Below, piece by piece: positions 55,881-64,000 of a stretch of DNA of 64,000 bases. The DNA lies in assembly GCA_964016885.1 (NCBI GenBank), contig OZ024745.1, positions 36,394,001-36,458,000 of the forward strand, read 5' to 3'. The number at the start of each line of letters is the position of its first letter. Within the stretch, counting starts at the first letter, position 1. Position numbers and translations under genes: made by a program. Below the pieces are notes generated by a model. The model saw only the letters and a program-made list of their open reading frames with translations. It was not told the origin of the DNA and ran no database searches. The stretch is from Eledone cirrhosa. Lineage: Eukaryota.

Positions 55881-56785
55881 CTATTTCTGCCAGAAGGTGT
55901 GATCTTCCAGCTGTAGATAAACTTTGAGTGAGTATCACTTATAATTAAAATTACTCCCGTCGTTACAGTCTGACACTTCTTTTAAAGGTAATGATTGACA
56001 ACCCTATTTATTGTGAACTTTCTTTATTTAAGACATTGAGGAATGTAGTAGAGAGGTTTGGTTATTATTTCTAACTGGTCAGGCCATATAGATCCAGCAA
56101 TAGGATACTATACAACTGAATGGTAGGTCATCAATTCGTATCGAGATCAAGACAATTAACTGTGAAATGGCAAAACCCATCCTACCAACACTAAATAGTG
56201 ACCATAGCTGCTGCACCACTGGGCACTTAACGAGTTTATACATGTACAAATTTGCTTTTATTTCATTGGCTCTTACATCCTACATTGCAAGGTAAACGAG
56301 ACAAGAGCTCGTTGTTACTTTATGCGCGAGATTATCGATTACGTTCTGCTTGTGATACCTTGGATTCATTCATATGTAAAATGGCAAAATACCAAATTTA
56401 TGTTCCTCCATAGATAGAAATTTCTGACATTCATATTAACCTCGTAGAATTATGGCTGTGCGGTGTTGCACCTACATTTCATAAGAAAGAGAGCTTTCTT
56501 TGAAATGATCTCTCTGCCGTCTAAGCTTTAACGGAATGACTAAATTCCAAAGAAAAGTCATCTGTGTTAGAGATAAATAAATATACGAAAATCATTATAG
56601 AATATATGAAAGGAAAGAAAAACTAACAATAAGGTTAATATATTGTATCAAACTTCATATCCCTTAAACAATGTATTTATAACATTTAACTTACGTGATA
56701 CTGTCGGCATCTGACTATCTTTCTAAAACAGATTTTCTCAAAATAACATTTATCTTTTAGGTATATACGCTTCTTGCTATCTGAA

Positions 56786-56857
<72 letters not shown>

Positions 56858-56863
56858 TATAAT

Positions 56864-56989
<126 letters not shown>

Positions 56990-57256
56990 TATTGAAAAGA
57001 ATTAAACAGTTCTAGTCCTATAGAAACCAGTTTGATTCCTGGACCGGGCGACGTGTTATGTCCTTGAGCAAGACACTTTATTTCACGTTGCTCCTTCTAC
57101 CTGGAGTTGCGACCGATAGATAGTACTAGCACGTGGAAAGACCGACGAAAACATGGTTTCCTCGGTCCGATTTGACGAAAGTCAATCGATCCTATATATA
57201 TATATATATGGGGGTGTAAATATTTACACAGGTATGTGTACGTATATATATATCTT

Positions 57257-57312
<56 letters not shown>

Positions 57313-57314
<2 letters not shown>

Positions 57315-57508
57315 AACAAATAAGACCCCGACGGCTGAGCTCAAGCCGTTTCGACGGCTAATTCTGGACAGACCAGAATTAGCCGTCGAAACGGCTTGAG
57401 CTCAGCCGTCGGGGTCTTATTTGTTCCGATTACCCACTCTACTACCCTAAGTATTGAGTACTTTGGTGCGTTATGGTCCACTTGGTTCCTTACCACATTT
57501 CCTTCGTT
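57313..57508 (+). mobile_element. Youngest-looking copy of the short fold-back family: perfect 55-bp arms + ~80-bp tail
   Basis: 57313-57367 is the exact reverse complement of 57373-57427 (spacer ACAGA); long (TA)n on both sides. Confidence 0.85.
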
Positions 57509-57514
57509 ATATAT

Positions 57515-57612
<98 letters not shown>

Positions 57613-57615
57613 TAT

Positions 57616-57657
<42 letters not shown>

Positions 57658-57665
57658 TATATATA

Positions 57666-57744
<79 letters not shown>

Positions 57745-57985
57745 AGAGAAAGGGAGGAGACAGATTGCTAGATAGATTATTTACGTTCAGCTCTAGGATT
57801 AGTTTCTTTTTTTGTACGTGGTTCTGTGAAATAGGTATAAAGTTTCTAGGATATAGAACAATATATTGCTTCCGTTTTAAAGTGTTCATTGAAACACGAA
57901 ACTCCTGGTCCACGTTCGAAATCTACATATACTTCTATATATTTATACATTTATATATATATATATATTAAGACTGAGAAGGGGG

Positions 57986-58029
<44 letters not shown>

Positions 58030-58425
58030 CAAGAGAGAGAGAGAGAAAGGGAGAGAGAGAGAGGGTGAAAGAACGAGAGAGAGCCAGTGCCAAAGTTGAG
58101 AGGAGCAGCGTATTCTTACATCCGATTTTTTACACTAAAAACAAAGACATCATCTTTCAGTTTCACGATATATTATTCAAAGTCAGGCAACCCAATAACC
58201 GATTCACAAGTTGTTGAATAAATGTCCATTATTTGATAATGGACATTTATATATTTATTTATCTTTGCTGTATTATAATTCTCAATTTTAGCTTTTGAGT
58301 ACAATCCCATTAAAAACTATAATTAAACCTGATTTATTTAGTATAATTCTTTGTTAATTTTCTTCCACTACTGACATTGATGTTGACAGAGTAATCCTGA
58401 ATTTTGTGTTGGATTTCACTAGTGT

Positions 58426-59030
58426 AGGGGGGTGGATTGGCAGTATCGGTAGAGGGTCGGACGCGATGCTTTGCAGCAAAGAATTACGGCCCTTTATGGT
58501 CTGAGTTGAAATCCCGCCGAGGTTAGCTTTGCCTTTCATCCTTACGGGGTCGATAAAATAAAGTACCAGTCACGCACTGGGGTCGATTTTATCGACCTTT
58601 CCCCTCCCCCAAAAATTGCTGGCTTTGTGTCTATATAAGAAACCATTGGATTGTGTCTATATAGGAAACCATTGGATAGTTACCTCCCTTAACGATCTGA
58701 GTTCAAATCCCGCTGAGGTTGACTTTGCCTTTCATCCTTACGGGGTCGATAAAATAAAGTACCAGTAATGCACTGGATAATTGCTGACTTTGTGCCAAAA
58801 GTAGAAACAATTATTATAGGGCAGTGTGTTGGCAGTATCGATAGAGCGTTAGACAACAAGCTTAGCGACATAGAGTTACATCCCTTTGCGTTCTGAATTC
58901 AAATCCAGCCGAGAGTAGTTTATGGGGCTGATAGAATAAAGTACCAGTAACGTACTGGGGTCGATTTAATTGACTTTCCCATCCTCTTCAAATTGCTGGT
59001 ATTGTGCCTAAAGTAGAAAGAATTGTTATT
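58426..59030 (+). mobile_element. Head-to-tail cluster of three main SINE copies (58426-58650, 58690-58817, 58818-59030)
   Basis: Repeated A/B boxes and GATA(A/G)AATAAAGTACCAGT body. Confidence 0.9.
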
Positions 59031-59194
59031 ATTGCTGTTGTTGTTGTTGTTGTTGTTATTGTCATTTTCTTATTCTTGTTGTCGTCGTCGACGAAGTTGC
59101 TTTTGCAATAATTGTTTTGACATTCGACTCAAAATTGCTTGTGTTGTGCCAAAATTAGAAACTATTATATATTATCGTTAGTAGTGTAGTAACC

Positions 59195-59275
<81 letters not shown>

Positions 59276-60444
59276 CATACACATCCACACACGTATATAT
59301 ATATATATATGTGTGTGTATATACATAATTATATATTATATTATATTATATATATATATGTATCTATAAATATATATGTATGTATGTGTATATACATAAT
59401 TATATATTATATTATATATACGTATCTATAAATATATATGTATGTATGTGTATATACATAATTATACATTATATTATATTATATTTTTGTTTCAGCATAA
59501 AATCACTTCTGTCTTATTTTTCAATTTAAGGTGATTTATATCCACAGTATGCTGAATTAGTTTTACCAATATCGCGCTGTCATCAGCTGGTTTTATCATT
59601 GACAATTCACACATTGACAAATGGCGAGATAAAACCATATTTCATGCAATTTCAATCGCAAAATTTTACATGTTCATGTTGTATGATGTGTAGATTGCTA
59701 TATATAATTTTGTGGTTGCTGTTTTATTATTTGCTTCTGTCGTTTTTCTTTTCTTTTTATATATTTTTCTTGTCTGCTGCTTTCGTGATAAGTGAGGACG
59801 TCTAAGTGGATGGAATCAATCGAATTCAACAAGAGAAGTTGGAGCAAATATAAAATATAAATGATGCTGATGATATCTCTTCAGATATTCTCCATCTTTA
59901 TTGTCATATCATAGAGGTAATCATCATCATTATCACCTTCGTCCTCATCGCCCTCATCATCATTAGTATCACCATCATTGGTGTCGTCATCATGATCATC
60001 ATCTTAATCATCATCACCATTGACACCATCCTCATCATCGTAATAGTCATTATCACCAACATTGTTAATGTCACCGTCGTCACAGACATCCTTCTCCTTC
60101 TCGTTATTCTCACAAGTTTTAGTATTGTATATGATGATGATGTTGTTACTACAACTACTACAACTACTACTGCAACTATTCTTATTCTCCTTCTTATTAT
60201 TATTATTTCCTTTTTATTACTATTTTCGAGCTATTATTTTGTTGTTGCTAATACTCTTTTTTATTGTGGATAATATTGCATTTGCTGAAGCATTTGTTAA
60301 TGATGCTTTTGCGGATGTTACTGTTGTTGATTTTTCTGTTGATGTTGTTGCTCTTGCAGTTGTTTGTGTCAGTTATTGAAGCACATGCATTACTTTCTAC
60401 TTTTTGCAACATTATTTATATATATTTTTTTTTGCAACATTATT

Positions 60445-60484
<40 letters not shown>

Positions 60485-60542
60485 TATATAATATATTTGT
60501 ATAATCTCTATTTGTAAATATATATATATATATACATACATA

Positions 60543-60591
<49 letters not shown>

Positions 60592-62678
60592 GCAATATAA
60601 TATATATTATTCTATATACATATTTATATTTCGTACATATATATTAGTCTGTATATACATTTTCTCATCCGGATTATCCACTTAACTATGATCTGTTGTT
60701 TGACAAATCAAAACTTTTAATAGACACATAATAAAAGTGTCTATAAGCATCACCACATTTTGTTCTTAATGCATTACATGTACAGGTCTAATGAGGTTAA
60801 CACAATTAGTTTTCTAACACATTCACAAGTTTTAAGCTTTTACGAATATCGCAACAGAAAACTGAGTAGTAGTTTTAAAATATTATTGGAGAAAAAAATA
60901 TATTTCATTTTTCTAATATAACAAACAATATCGATTTCCGTTCGATAAATCAACCCAACTTTTATGAAACACTGAAAATGTAATTTCTTTTGTGCATGTG
61001 TATGTTATTTTGTTTTTATAATACAAACATAGCTTTTTATTTTAACGTTGGAGAATGCAGCTGTAGAACATGTGAAACAATGGAGACTGCTGTTAATGCT
61101 GGTTTTCCCTTTCAATACGAAATTGAATGCAAGAGGGAAGAAATGGGCGAAATATATAAAATAACTAAATTACATTTCTACAATAAACCGATGCACATGT
61201 AAACAGATATTCATGAAATGTTTTACAGTATCTTACATATTTTCAGAAGTGTTCCATAAACATTTGCAGCTATGTTGGAAAATATTACCGCATATTTCAA
61301 TCGTTTATCAGAATGAAACATGGGCTTTCATGCAATTGCCTCTGCTAAAGCAGGTGCTTGCCTGCTTTGTAGGCCCAACGACAAGCTTCATACACATCAC
61401 GGGCTCTTTTACGAGGTAATGTTTACGGCCGAAAGCTCTTCTTGATACCAACCTTTACGACAAACGGTGATACGGCATACCAATTCTAAACGAAATACAT
61501 ACTGTAACTGGTACTTATAAAGATATCAAGGAAAATAATTATTTCTCCTTCCTTAGGCCCTCAGTGTTTGTTGGAATCGTAATGGTGATGACATTCGGAT
61601 ATCAAACACTCGTCGAGCCCATACCTTTCTAGCTGATTACTTTCAGAGTGAAACACAAGAAAAGTAATAGAGATAAATGGGAATCTACCCCCAATACAAG
61701 ACAGTGAATTAAGTGACAACGAATTGATGGAAGAGAACGTTAATCTCGGCAGGATTTGAGCTCAGGTGGTTGAGTGCTGAAACGAAAACCACAACGAAAA
61801 CCACAACATAACGTCTCTGCCGATTCGTATTTAGATCAACTCGGGGATCAACTCAGTATAGTTAGGAAATGAGATAAACGTTATCGGGCAAAATAATTGT
61901 TGCAAGGTTTTGCGTAATACGATATGTCATGTGCATAGAGATATATTTCTGTTTTGTTTGGCGTCGAAATTATGTAAATTTGTTATGAATAATATTTTGT
62001 AGTGAGTCACAGTGAATAAAAGTAAGAAATCAGAAATTGAACTCATGAAACTTATAGTCCTAAAATATTAACATGTCCACTGCGATTGCTCTACAAACAC
62101 TTTGATTCTGTTTTTCCATTTTGAATCTAATAATTGTCAATCAAATGTTTCTTAAAGTTATATAGTTTATTCCTTTCAACATAGCTTCATTGAACTAGTA
62201 ATTATATTACCGAAGATTGTTTAAGCAAAAGAGATCATTGTGTTAACACATATTCAATGAAAGACTGAGTAAAACGGTCGCCAGCTACTACACACAAGTT
62301 ATATTAGCGCTCGAGGAAGGCACACGTTTGAAGTAGAATAAAAATTCAATTTCTGAAATAATAAATTAAAAACAAAACATGACGTAGAGGATTCGATATG
62401 ATTTCATAAGAACAAAAAGTATTTGATTAACGGAGAAATAGAACGAAATGCGTAAATAGTTGGATAAAGTAAAAGAGGAGAGAGAAGGAGAGAGAATGTT
62501 TGCAGTGGTTAAATAATGTTTCTTACTATTATTGGTACTAAAACGTTGCATTGCGTGGCGTTGAATGATAATATTTGCTCTTGTGGAGATCACTTATTAA
62601 TTTAGTGTAACCGCTTTTAACATAGTTTAGCTATTGGCAGTTAGATTGTAATATAGAATGATACCAGAAATCACACAG

Positions 62679-62741
<63 letters not shown>

Positions 62742-63559
62742 ACTGTGTGTGTGTATGTTGTGTTCTATAATGTGAATTATGCAGTAAAACTCGTTAATAG
62801 GGATAAATCAATCTCCTATGCGGAGAAATGGAATCTGACCTTTCGATGCTCTCCGTTTTTTGTTTTTTTTTGTAAGTAAGAGAAACATATACATCTTCTG
62901 TGAATAGAAAAATAAACAAAATATACCTAATTTTTTCTTCAAAATCCCTTGTGTACAGTTTCGTCGAGTGGGATGCAGCCAGAGTAGAACTAAAGTGCAC
63001 AGGGGCCGTGAGGCTATCGGCTTATCAAGAGATCTCTCAATGGAAGGACATTCCTGAACTATCTGCGACCAGTGCAAATTTCTGAGGGGTAGGGTGGGGC
63101 AATTATCACGCGGTATAACGGTCCCAGAAGGGGCTGAATGGTGGACGTTTCGTGAGTAATATATTTGCTAGACGAAGCAGCCAGTAAGGGACTTGAGATA
63201 AAATAATAAAATACACATACATATAAATATATAAGTATAAACACACACACACACATACATACATATTTATATATATATATATGTGTGTGTGTGCTATCCC
63301 TCCTTTACCAGTTTTGCTCGATGCATGAGAGAGTTAAATCCGAAGTAAATAAGAGCTATATAACAATCATGAATGTCAAGAGGAAATAGATAAAATATAC
63401 CTAATTTCTTTCTTCAATGATAGATACATATATATATATGGTGGCTGCCAACTCGTTTTCGAGTACGGCCACTACTTCATATCCATGTAGGAGAACCCCT
63501 ACTGATGCGCTGAACGAGTGTGACTTTTTAGTCCAGCCAGCGACTTGAAAACTCTGGTA

Positions 63560-64000
63560 CAAACACTGCACTTGTGACAATTATTGACACATATTGCTGG
63601 GCCCATGGTACCATGTGACGACAAGTGCAGAGAGATCTCCAGATATAAAGCAATGCCTGTGCCGTGAAGCTTTTATAGTGAGCAAAGGCACTGCACAAAG
63701 CCAGTCCCACTCTCTTAACCAAGATGATATTTACCAAAAAGAATAACAAGTCAACATCATTGGATACTATCAGGGTTGCAGGTGTTATATCAGAGTTTTC
63801 CTTCTCCTAGAATTCTGCCTTGACAAAGGCTAAGGGGTCATCTCTCCCGGTGATTTTGGATGGCCATTGACTCTGAAGAGCTCCTTTGCTCTTTGACAGG
63901 TTTTGGTTTTAGTCCTGCAGGATGTCCAAAGTCACCCTCCTCACCAAGAAACCTTGGTGGGGTTGCCAGTTTAGTCGCCAATGACCCGACCATGAGACAG
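63560..64000 (-). mobile_element. RTE-type 5' UTR element running off the window end
   Basis: Colinear with 42780-43115; CTAGGAGAAGGAAAACTCTGATAT motif. Confidence 0.65.

Noticed and set aside
59900-60380. Hydrophobic membrane-protein-like ORFs
   Set aside because: Degenerate (ATC)n/(ACT)n/(GTT)n trinucleotide low-complexity sequence.
60990-61490. Possible host exons in moderately complex unique sequence
   Set aside because: Short frames with stops, no recognisable protein, only generic splice-like signals; cannot be excluded without RNA-seq.
62900-63085. Possible host exon FVEWDAARVELKC..
   Set aside because: No recognisable domain, and it lies between a minus-strand half-hammerhead and a repeated tail (also at ~63378-63418), so it is more likely a repeat.

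Overview
AT-rich, microsatellite-saturated eukaryotic DNA, most likely non-coding sequence from a cephalopod such as Octopus (judged from memory of the dominant tRNA-derived SINE). No intact host gene, rRNA, functional tRNA or CRISPR array is visible, and most ORF-track entries are (TA)n/(CA)n artefacts. The window is a mosaic of retroelements: many SINEs (two with perfect TSDs), decayed RTE, R4/Dong and CR1 LINEs, and two non-autonomous Helitrons. The main signal is a dense set of Penelope-like element (PLE) remnants. Four carry GIY-YIG endonuclease fragments. About ten sequence-distinct families carry minimal type-I hammerhead ribozymes, including two non-canonical cores (CAGAAGA, CCGAAGA). 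They repeatedly form fold-back (inverted pLTR) structures, usually embedded in microsatellites, with a one-sided tail, and two palindromes have asymmetric deletions beside their apex. A twin-primed (5'-inverted) RTE LINE and a candidate HDV-like ribozyme are also present. All calls come from reading the sequence by eye; no searches or folding programs were run.
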